Below are positions 13,484-24,526 of a stretch of 64,000 nt of DNA, piece after piece (positions within the stretch are counted from its first letter, which is position 1; each line of letters opens with the position of its first letter). The DNA is from Auanema rhodensis. Its lineage: Eukaryota; Animalia; Nematoda. The position numbers and the translations under genes were made by a program. The notes below the pieces were generated by a model, which saw only the letters and a program-made list of their open reading frames with translations, was not told the DNA's origin and ran no database searches. Where the stretch lies: contig OZ059895.1 of assembly GCA_964057225.1 (NCBI GenBank), positions 5,456,001-5,520,000 on the forward strand, read 5' to 3'.

Positions 13484-15024
13484 TTAATCCATGTTACGGA
13501 TACGAGAGCAAACATCAGAGGTGAAAGATGAGCAGGTTCCAGTTCCTAAATGTATTAGATTATAAAAGCGAAGTTAAAAATATCAAAAACCTCCTAAATC
13601 TCCAGTCTTTGCATGTCCGTCAGCGATGGCGGTGAAGACAGCTTTTTCGATCTTGTCAGCGTAACTATTAAGACTCATGTAACGGAGCATCATGACAGCA
13701 GAAAGCAAAAGAGCAGTTGGATTAGCCTTATCTTGTCCAGCAATATCAGGAGCAGTTCCGTGAACAGATCTAAAAGATGTAGAGGTAGAAGTATAGGTAG
13801 AAACTCCAAATGATTCTTACTCGAATACAGCAGCATCTTGTCCGATGTTTCCTGATGGGGTAACTCCAAGTCCTCCAACAAGACCAGCGCATAAATCAGA
13901 AAGAATATCTCCGTAAAGATTTGGCATGACAAGAACATCGTACTGTCCAGGGTCTTGAACCATGTTCAAACAGACAGTGTCGAGGTAAGCTTCCTGGAAT
14001 AAGATAAAATACAAACAGTTACATAGCACAATCTACCTTGAATTTTATGTCTGGGAAATTGGCGGCCTCTTCACGGCACATGTTAAGGAAAAGTCCATCA
14101 GACATTCTCATGATATTAGCTATAAAATAATAAATGTTAAAAATTACAATATTATGCATCTATTCTTACCCTTGTGCACAGCAGTGACGCATTTTCTTCC
14201 ATTAGATCTGGCATAATCAAAAGCGTACTTAGCAACACGACGAGAAGCCTGCTCGGTGATCAGCTTAATAGATTGTACGACTCCAGGAGAAACCTGTAAA
14301 TTTACATTGAAAACTTGATAAATAACTTGCTGTAATAGTGACATTTTCAAGGTCATTGCTAGATTTCCAGCATTGCGAACTATGTTAACTTTTTGAATCA
14401 AAAATCAAAAAACAAAGACTGAAAAAACCTCATGCTCAATTCCAGAATATTCTCCTTCAGTATTCTCACGAATAGTGACAACATCTACGTTATCATAAAG
14501 GGTCTTGTGTCCCTCTAATGATCGGCAAGGACGAACATTAGCATAAAGGTTGAATTCTCTTAAAAACGAAACATTAATATTAAGTACCTAATAAATTGGT
14601 AATAAATTACTTTCTAACAGCCAAGTTAAGAGATCTGTGACCTTTTCCAATAGGAGTCTCCAAAGGTCCCTTAAGTCCAACCTTGTTTTGGTGCATTAAT
14701 TCAATACAACGGCTTGGAATACGGAAAATTCCGTCACGTCCTTTAACAGGAGTGACATCTACAGGATCCCATTCGATTGGAGTCTTGGCAGCCTGAAGAA
14801 AAATATAGAAATTTCGAAAATATATATTATATACCTCGAAGATATCTTGAACTGCTTTTGAGATTTCTGGTCCGATTCCATCACCAGGAATCAAGGTAAC
14901 TCTGCGAACCTGAAACAATTGTGCATTAATTTTATTAGTTTTATCAACTAACCTCGGAAGCAAGTCCTCTGGTGGAGACAATTTGTCCCACAGTAGAAAC
15001 TTTACTAAGACACTTGCCAATCAT
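13484..15024 (-). CDS. idha-1: NAD-dependent isocitrate dehydrogenase alpha subunit, mitochondrial (IDH3A), ~9 exons
   Basis: MIGKCLSK.. presequence, [61 protein letters not shown]. Confidence 0.96.
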
Positions 15025-15504
15025 TGTTCTTACCTATAAAATTTATATTCAAATGTTTCGAGAAACAAGGAATTAATCAGATTTTCGGGAAATTTTATGA
15101 TACGTAATGTTCTAGAGAAGAAAGAGAAAGTAACGGTTCGGAAATTCAGCGATTTTATCAGTGAATTGAGTGTCCTAGAAGGAGCAAAGAGCAAATAACA
15201 TACATTGCAATCGATTGGTTTAGGGTGAAGTACCGCCCTAAGTTTTACCTGAATGCTTGCTCACATAATTTTGTGTCTGTGATTCAAAGCATGCAAGTTT
15301 GAAAATAAATATAAATTAATATAAACAAAACAATAAATAAAAAGATATTGATCTCTGAAGATCTGATCGTGGATTCAGTTCACGATCGCGCTTTACACAT
15401 AGTCGTCAGGTTGGTGGCGCGTAGGCTAAAATTCGTAAGCCACTTGGCTTTTCTTTATTCGTTTTATCAATTATTTAAATTAGTTATTTGTAATTTGAGC
15501 TAAA
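15025..15504. promoter_or_regulatory. Probable bidirectional promoter between idha-1 and the LysM gene
   Basis: 480 bp between head-to-head ATGs; GC/CG-rich patch at 15365-15425 with a small GATCGTG/CACGATC inverted repeat. Confidence 0.5.
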
Positions 15505-16265
15505 ATGACGACGGAAACACAAACGTTTGAAATGAGGTCAAGAGTGGCAAGGACGTCATCTGATTCAGATAGAAGACCTGATATTCAGAGTTACAGGTAT
15601 TATACAATTACTTATGTAGGTTTGCTTTTATTAAAGCGTTTTATAGAGACGTAGTCTTAATTGAGAGAAAAATTAAGCCAGGTGATACCTTAAATAAACT
15701 GGCTATTCAATATGCTGTCAATGCAAGTTTAAAGAATTTAAAGCATTCAGTTCATTTTTGTAATTTAAGGCTGCCGACATAAAACGTGTCAACAATCTAG
15801 TGAGTGATGTTGATTTTGGAGCTTTAGCTTCTATTAAAATTCCAATATCCCGGATGCGGCATGCTCTTGGTGTTAGTGGATCATCGGACGAAGATGAACA
15901 TATCATAGGTTAGTACGATATCACAACACACTTTTAATCTTCTGGTTTGAAGATGTGGATGAACGGACACATCTCATTATAGATAGATCTCGAGACCCCA
16001 GCGTTGAAGAGATCTTCAATAAAACTGATTCTGTGTTAGGTAATTGATCTTTCCTCTTTTTTTACTGTTAAAGCTCATTTAAGCTCAAGCCCGAGAAACA
16101 CTCCCGGAGGATGGAATTCCCGGATCATTCCATTTTATCGACGCTCGACCTCCGGATTCGGGTTGCTCAGTTTGGGTTCTACTTGCAGGTGTAATTGTAA
16201 TGTTTATGGTTGTTCCCCTATTATTAACATTTTACGAAGAAAGTGAAGAACTAAAAAAGAATTAG
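15505..16265 (+). CDS. lmd-1: LysM-domain single-pass membrane protein (LYSMD3/4-like), 5 exons; missed by the ORF track
   Basis: IERKIKPGDTLNKLAIQYAVN|AADIKRVNNL..IKIP LysM motif and C-terminal TM VWVLLAGVIVMFMVVPLLL. Introns 15597-15646, 15723-15769 (GC-AG), 15909-15952, 16040-16083. Symbol assigned from family and adjacency to idha-1 (recalled). Confidence 0.85.
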
Positions 16266-16886
16266 TGTGAGAAGGATTTGGATATAGTTTTATTACATCG
16301 TATAGTATATTATGAGAAATGTTCGAGAAAGCCTTAAGACTCATCTCCCTCGCACGTTGTATTTTATCACTGGGTTGTACATTTCATTCCTATTCCTATT
16401 TATTCAATTTTTTTAACTATACAATATAATGCATAAGTCATATTTATTCCTTTAAAGCAAAAGCATAACTTATTTTTAAATTATTACGAATGGAATGATA
16501 GAATTTGTAAACTGAAATGCAAGTTTTAAAAAATAAATGCGAATTTCAATTATAGGCATTATTGTGAATTTTTTTCGAATACACTCGTTTTTGCGGGAAG
16601 AAGGAAAATATTGAAGAATACAAACTAACAGTTGAAGACACACCTTTTACAATATATAAATATATTGATCAACAGAACCATCGATTCGAGAACTACATAT
16701 GGACAAGTATACATATATACATATATATATTAATATATATATATGTACATACAGAATAGATAAAGTAGGAATTATTAACAATAATTAAGAATATTAATAT
16801 GCATTATAAAAATGATACGGGAATACAAATATATAATTGAGTTCTGCACTAGAATTTTCATAGAGATGCTGTGGGATTAGTTGTAC

Positions 16887-18173
16887 TTATTTGTTGAAAC
16901 CATAAACAAATTCATAAGCATCTTCATATGAAATATCACGAAGCTAAAATTATTTTGAACCTTTTAATGAATTTACGAGTGACCTACCTCACGAATTGAG
17001 TGAATGATTACTTCCGGAAATAAAACTTCAGTAGTTAGATGAATTACAGGCAGGAGACGACACCGTGTCTCACGAGATCTTACATATTTAACAATACTTT
17101 CAAATAAAGCATCCGCGTCCCTATCTAAACATTTAGCCTACTGACTATAGCAATAATCAATAACATACCGTTCAAGAAACGGGCTGAGGATAAGTCCATC
17201 TTTAGTTTATCACGTTCGGGTATAACGTAGTTTTGTATTCTCTCAGTCGTCCATAAATCGTTTAAAATATCTTCTAATCTATCAAATATCTGATACAAAC
17301 ATCATTAAAAAGATAAAAAGAACAATAAACATACTACTTGTCGCAATTGACCTAAATGCAAGATATTTTCATCGTTGTACTCATGGTGCTCACGGGAGAC
17401 ATCATCAACTACAAATTAAATTTGAAAACTATTAAGACAAACAAAAAAACTTACATGGCCTTTTACGTTTACTATTTTTATTCTTCCTTTCGAATTCATC
17501 CTTCTCATCATGCTTATCTGTATAACTACCGGCCCTGGAAGGAATTTCAGGGTCCATTTTCATACGTAGACGTGCTGACTCGACGATAGATTCTAGGCGA
17601 GCCAACTCTATTTCTTTTGTTCCCTAAAATGAGAATACAAAAGTTGATCTCGGAAAAATCGATAAACAAACATATTCACGAGGTTTTCTTTGGGTATCCG
17701 AGCCCTGAAAATCGAAATTATTTTTTCGTGAGAAATAATAAATTTTACCGAGACTAATCCCCTGTCCATTAAATATCGCACTGCAAAAGCATACGCTTCT
17801 AACAGATCTTCCGGCGGATTTTCGGGAAGACCATCATTAGTAGTTAACGCAAAAACACCCTAAAACAATTAAGACTTCATTTATTCTCTCTATTTGATTT
17901 AGAACCTTAGGGTTACAACTGAAGCTGACCCACTTCTTCCCATTATCTTCGGGTAAAGGGAAAAATACGTATGTTATTTTTTTTGGATATACGTTTTGAA
18001 CCTGAAACATTAAAATTATTGGAATTAACACGTAAAAAACGAAACCAATGCTGGCCAGGGATTTCGGCGATATGGAACCCAAATGACATCTCCTCTAGCT
18101 AAAATATGTAAATATATATATAAATTCTAAACTAAATAGAAAACATACCAATTGAACCACTCCTTGTAGCCAT
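16887..18173 (-). CDS. PWWP-domain protein with MUM1/PWWP3-like C-terminus, ~10 exons
   Basis: MATRSGSIARGDVIWVPYRRNPWPALVQNVYPKKITYVFFP (PWWP core GDxVW..PWPA..Y.V.FF) and C-terminal VLFPEVIIHSIRELRDISYEDAYEF; consistent GT-AG phases. Confidence 0.75.
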
Positions 18174-19009
18174 ACCACCGTAACTACTCAATTTAGCAGA
18201 ATGAATACATTACCCGAATTTATATGCAAATTAAAACGTGGATTTAGGTATTTTGAAAACCGATTATACTCTACAACTATCAACAATCTGAAATTAATGA
18301 TAACATTATTATATCCAAAACCTACACTAAGGAGCTGAAAAATTGAACTGCCAAACATATAGCAACATCACCAACAAAGAGCACTCCATTTGAAAATAGA
18401 CGTTAGGTCGAAAATGCCGTAAAATCGATTACGGTAACTCGCTATTGTGTTATAACATTGCAAAGACGAATATTATACAAACGGATAGCTAGTAAAACAA
18501 GACAGAATGAAAAATGGCAAGTCTGTGATGAATTTATTTCGGTCATACCGTGTATAACAGATGTAGCATTATGTTATGAGAGCACATTGATGTTTGTGTA
18601 GTTTCAAAGACTTATTGTATTGATCATGGACTGTTTTTCGTTTTTGACCATAACATTCAGAGTACGCTAACCTTTATTTCATTAAACGAATGTACAACCG
18701 GCTAGATGAGTACTGCTCAATCAATAGGTGAAATGCAGCATGGTTGTAAAGGGATCAACAAATAATGAGATGCGGTAGGAATATCTAAGGTAGTGTTTCT
18801 TAAAGTTGATCAACATTATAATATTTTTGAAAATAGAAAGATAACAAACGAGAATCATCTTGGATTATAACAATATATACCTATATAAAGGTTTTTGAAC
18901 TATTGGCGAGGGTAAAAGGATGGACTATAAAAACATCAAACATCTTTACTGTATTTTTAGTGTTAAGATATATTAAGTAAAAAGATTGAGGAAATCAACT
19001 GTAGGCTGT

Positions 19010-21328
19010 TTACATGATAGAACATCTGTCACCAGGGTTTGAAGGATCAGTTAAATCGCCTTCTTGCAGTGTGATGGTAGATACAGCTTCACCTTCTTCA
19101 TTTAACAAGCGAGCAGATGGGTTGGCTCCCACAGGCCACTAAAATTAGAATGTGAATGTGTTATGCTAGATCAATAAACATACATTTTCAGATTTCATGG
19201 TAATTGTTTCTGGTAAATGACTCTTGTGTCCAGTACTTGCAGAGTATATCGTGCAAGTGGCTCCACCAACCATCTTCATCTTGTTGTTGAAGCGATATGT
19301 AACCTGAGAAAACGATGAGAAACTGAAACTTTAAAAGGATTTTGAAAAAATACCTCGCGCTCAGAAGTGCGGATGACAATGGTCCACTTTGCGATGCTAA
19401 CATCATCTTCAGTGAAGTTCTGGATACGAACCCATCCACCATCAGGATCAACCTCATCAATTCCTATCGGCCCAGTAGTTTCTTTGACAAGCTGAAAAGT
19501 AATTTTAATACGGCATAAATAAGAAGGTCCTTACTCTTTCTTTTGTTCCTTGGAAATCAAAGGAATCGTCGCCATCTACTTCAATACGGGCACGTTTGCG
19601 TCCAGGCTGGCCAGATGTTGCTATAACTGAATTATATATGAGCAAAACTGAGATAGTACTTACAAGAACTGAGAAGACTTGTTCTGGTCATTGAAGTATT
19701 GGCATTTTGGGAACTGATGTTTAATCTTTGTTCCTCAGACTGAAATGCAAGCCATTAAAGAATACTATGAACAACTTATTTATACCTCGAGCATGACTCT
19801 GTAAGCTTCCAATTCAGCATCAAGTTGGATCTTACTGTCTCGAAGATTAGAGAATTCAGCAAGAAGACGGTTAATTTCCTTGTCCAATTCACTGATACGT
19901 ACATCCTGCAGAAAATAAAGAGTAATGAAACCATGACTTTTTCAAAACCTTATTAGCTAAACGATCATCCATCTGTTGCTCCAGTTCACGTAACTGACGA
20001 CGGAGACCTTCTACGAGCAGTCCGTTGTTTCCTTCTTCTTTCAATCGGTAGCGTAACTTAGTCGACTCTTCAAGCGCAACTTCTCTGGCTATTTGAGCTT
20101 CGTTCAACTGAAAACAAATCACAATAAACGATATGTCAGATATATTAACAATTACCTTAAGCTTGTATTGGTCTTCTAATAAGCAGTGAGAGTTGTTCAA
20201 TTGATCTTGCAATTGCTGACGCATTTCAGCAAGAGACTCTTGCAGTTTAGATTGATATTCCTGAGAAACCTATAAAAAAAATAATGGTTAGTTATTAATT
20301 AGTAAAACATACCTGTTTCTGGTAAGTGGTCATATCAATTTGTCTCTTTCTGCTAACTTCTTCTAAAGCCTGTAATTAATACATAATAATACTTTCATCT
20401 AGTGCGGTGCTTACAGCATCATGTTGTTTCTTTTGGAAGTTCAAATCTTCAGTAGCTCTAGCAAGTTCGTTTTGGGCAACTGTTCTTTGCAAGCACTCAT
20501 CCTCCAGAGCTTTTTGAACACTATTAAGTTGTGTGTTTAAGCGCGCATTCTCTCGTTGGAATTCCTAATACATAACTGTTCAGATTTTATGTAAAATTTA
20601 AACTCAAACCTTATTGTCGGCTTCAACTTTCTCGAGCCGATTTTGTAAGTTTTTCAACTTAGCAGTAGCGTCATCAGCCAAGGATTGAGCGTAGATCTTG
20701 CTTTCACTTTCCTGATATGACTTGGTAATAAACACTGTTTGAAGTTGTCATTACCTTAGCAATATCTCTCTCAAGTTTGTTAACCTTAGCTTGAAGACGA
20801 TCATGCTCAGCTACTGCAGTGTCTCTCTCAATAACAGCCTTAGCTTCTCTCTTTTCTAAGTCATCAATAACGGAGCGAAGTCTTTTCTAAACATTACTAA
20901 AGTTCTTTTTTCGTCATTATTAACCACACTCACCTTCTCAACTTCAAAGTTATTAACAATGTTGGATCTCTCTTTCTTCTCAACGACTTCAACATCTCGA
21001 ATTTGAATAGTGAGACGATTATTTTCTTGTTCAAGCTGGCGAACTTTCTAAACCAAACAAAAAATGAATAGAAAATGAGCAATTTGGATTAGCAACCTCA
21101 ATATACATTGCCAACCGACTGTTCAAGCCGGTGAGTTGGTCCTTCTCCTGAGCACGAGAGGTTTCCAATAAGGAACTATTGAAAGAGAAAGACGAGCTGT
21201 AACAAGCCAGAGTATTTATTACCTTACTGAGAATAGAAAACTAACCTAGCTGAATCATTTGGAGAAGCTGGTCGGATAGCTTCACTTCTAAAAGAAGTAC
21301 GGACAGCCTTAGCCTTCTTAGTTGACAT
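19010..21328 (-). CDS. lmn-1: Nuclear lamin (B-type), ~15 exons
   Basis: SRAQEKDQLTGLNSRLAMYIEKVRQLEQEN rod start, KIQLDAELEAYRVMLESEEQRL rod end, RKRAR NLS, Ig-fold tail and CaaX CSIM-stop. Confidence 0.96.
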
Positions 21329-21330
21329 CA

Positions 21331-21850
21331 CTGAAAGCATAAAAAACTGAATGACTTGAGTCCACCAACAAAATCGGCAGGGAGGCTGGATAAACAACCA
21401 ACATGGGCGCGAGCAATCGATGTTGGTCGGAGCAAGACACGTAAAAGGAAAAGAGTAATGAAGGGCGAAATAGAGCTGACACAAACACGACGACAAACAC
21501 GATTATCAAGGGAGCTTATATAAAAAAAGGTTTGCAATTCGACAAAAAATTTGAAGAAAAACTATTTCATTTCAAAACGGACTGACATATGAAAGGTAAA
21601 GGAGAAGTGATTTGAAAATGAAAGTCAAGAAAAGCAGGATCAACAAGAAAAAGTAAAAAAGCACAAAAAAATGATAACAAATAGAAAAACAAAGCAAAAC
21701 AAAGTAAGTATAATAAAGTGTAAGCAACAGTAGAGAACTGAGATGACAAGTTTAAACGCTTTCAAATCTACGGCATTTCGTCTATCTCCGACCTCTTTGC
21801 GACACATGACCTCGCGGCGCGTATGCGTTTACTATGGGGCGCGAAACTAC
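21331..21850 (-). promoter_or_regulatory. lmn-1 outron/promoter: TTTCAG acceptor (21331-21336), TATATAA (21516-21522), E2F-like TTTCGCGCC (21838-21846)
   Basis: Motifs read directly on the minus strand; function inferred. Confidence 0.4.
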
Positions 21851-23846
21851 GGATGAAAACTTAAATGAAATACTAGCTTTCTCAGAAGTGGAATTTGGCA
21901 TTTATAACTTACCCAGATATTTAAATAGTGATATTTCAAACCGATTCACATAAATACAAAACAAGAATAATGAAAAAAGTTCTTCTCAGACAATGTGTCA
22001 AAAAGCGTGATGAATGTCAATACACTGAGATTAGTTTAACCTGATTATAGTGCATTTTAGAAATACTTTTGGTGAATATAGTTGTTACAAGAAATGAATC
22101 TTAATTTGTATCGAAAACAAATAAGATGTGGTGATTAAACATCTGGAAGCTGTGTTTTACGAGATCGACAGACAACTGCAGTGCAATATTAATCGAACAA
22201 TCTCTTGCGAAATTCATCTTCAAATACTTATCGAAGAAAAATTACAATTATATATATATATATATATAAAAAGATATATAAGAAAAGAAATGAAAAAAAC
22301 ATAGTTTATTTTACAAAACATTAAGATACGAAATTAAAAAAATCAAAAAACTAACTCTTTCAATCATAAATATATGTTTTGTGCTTCAGCTTGTACATGC
22401 ATATGAAGCTAATCCTCTTTTTTATTCCATAGTGTTATGATTGTTAAGCTGATTATTCAATAAAAGCTCAAAAAATAGAACAAATCAAGAATAATAATCT
22501 TGCCGTTGGCACATTAATGGGAAAATTAGTCATCACTAGAACTATTAGTGAATGCTCAAACACTCCCAGCTACTCTTTGTTCAACTTGAAAATGAAAAGA
22601 AACCTAAGAGCATTATAGCTTTTCAAGGAAATGAGTGTAGTTGAATGACCAAGACATGTTGAGTATGTACGAAGACAGCTTTATAACAAGCATATAAATG
22701 GATGAAGAACCATTAGTAATTATTACTAAAGTAGGAGACAAATATATTTCCTCATATGTTATGACTGTGTCATACATGAAGCTCTAGCTCCTACTAAATG
22801 AAGCATATTACTATTTTGATCTCTCTCTTTCTCTCTTGAAAAGTGATGAGGCACTAAACATACGCGATTGGCCACATATACTTCAATACACGAATCATTC
22901 ATAGCACAAACCATCAAATGATAAATAAATACATATATAAAAGAAATTCAAAATTTAAAAATACTAAAATTCGTTCTGATGCTGGCATTACAGAAAGACA
23001 CATTCTTGGTAACATTTAGATATTCTGCGCATACCATTCAAGGCCATACAATAAACCAAAAGGTTTGGATGAGAATAATTCAATCGTGAAACACGTTGTC
23101 CGTCATAGTGACTAGTAATAGTCGGCGTCGGCATTTTGATTTTGTCAATCTCTTACTTTCTCTTTCTCTCTCTTTTGAGGATCAACAAACAGAGGTGGAG
23201 ATGTAAGAGAGAAAGAGAACACAACATAGAGGAAACCAAGAAATAATGACAATCAGAGAATGAGAGAAAATAATGGAAATTCATGTTTACACGCAATATA
23301 TCAAGCTGATTAAAAGTTTTGCTAGTGACTATCGACGACATGCAGTTGATTGTTTCATTTTTTTCAAAAAAAAAAAAAAAAAAAAACACAGAAATACTCA
23401 TGCAAAAAGACAATTCTTGTTTATATAGAATCGATGAACTAACAAAAATGTACATGTAGAAAAGGCCACCTGTTAAGTAATCAAAGACAAGTGAACAACA
23501 GACGAGTTTAGAAAAATGTTCAATCAATACTAAGTTTTGGTTCGTCGCACACTCCTCCAAAACAGATATATACCCATCTAATGGCATGCTATTATTATAA
23601 TGATCATTTCAATATAGAACAGCATATTTGAAAATATATAAATTTGTTTACAGCTGCGAAGTGATTATATTTAGATCAAAATATAGGATTTAATATCAGT
23701 ACGACAGACGCTTTTTGAGAATACCTTGCATGTCGTTGCCATGGCACTATAACTATTTCATAGATAAAAAGGAACAAAAACTATAATTTTGAAGCTAATA
23801 TTTAAATAAACTTGGGTTTTGAAACATTAATAACTAGTGGTTATGG

Positions 23847-24526
23847 GTGAAAATAAAAGTAGGAACAGTAGATAGGACGGACATGCTATATGAAATGATA
23901 TTGAACATTAATAAACAACCAGTTCAGGCTATTATAAAGCTCGCCATTGTGCTTTCACACTTATGAGAAGATAGAGGGATTTATCTGAGATTGGAAATCA
24001 TTGAACACTGGGAATGAGAGAATGGGAGAGAAAAGCACCAGAGGCCGGCTGCTGACCTCCTAGGTCAGATAAAGAGGATTGGTTCAAAGACATATTGCGC
24101 GAAATCGTAAGATATTCATATTTAGAATGTACAAGAGGAATGGAACAGCCCAATGATTTTGTAAGAACGGGAGAGAACGTGACAACAAAATCATAACGAC
24201 AAAAGAGTGGGCAGAATTGTAAGGATCAACAAAATTTGGATGATGCATCACCATCTCTATTCCATTCTAATCGTCAGTCAGCAAGCGCACAGCTGGCAGA
24301 CACATCATCAACAAGAAAAGCGGAAAGAAAGACGAGAAGACCAGCTCGTAAAATAAATGTCACTCTTAGGGCCACTTGCGTGGGAAAACGCTTTAAGGTT
24401 TCGTCTATGTATATTACGATAAAAAGTAAACATATTAAACAAGCGAATTTGTACTTAGGCTTAGGCAGCTCGAGCATTAATAGTATCATTAATTTAATAA
24501 TAGATTATAATAATGCCAATATATGA
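23847..24526 (+). mobile_element. Possible degenerate LTR-retrotransposon (Ty3/gypsy-like) coding remnant
   Basis: LNINKQPVQAII resembles the segment preceding a retropepsin DTG motif (motif itself absent). After one frameshift come 188 codons with 4 stops, including an RKTRRPARK tract like pol C-termini. No LTRs seen. Confidence 0.3.

Noticed and set aside
21198-21246. Apparent 4-nt microexon (CAG|TAAG|GT) in lamin intron 1
   Set aside because: Flanking introns would be 19 and 26 nt and the frame would shift; one 49-nt intron explains it.
24455-24466. TTAGGC x2 (also TTAGGCTTAG at ~30905) as a telomere or DNA-elimination site
   Set aside because: Only two units, with no array or recognisable break motif; compatible with chance.
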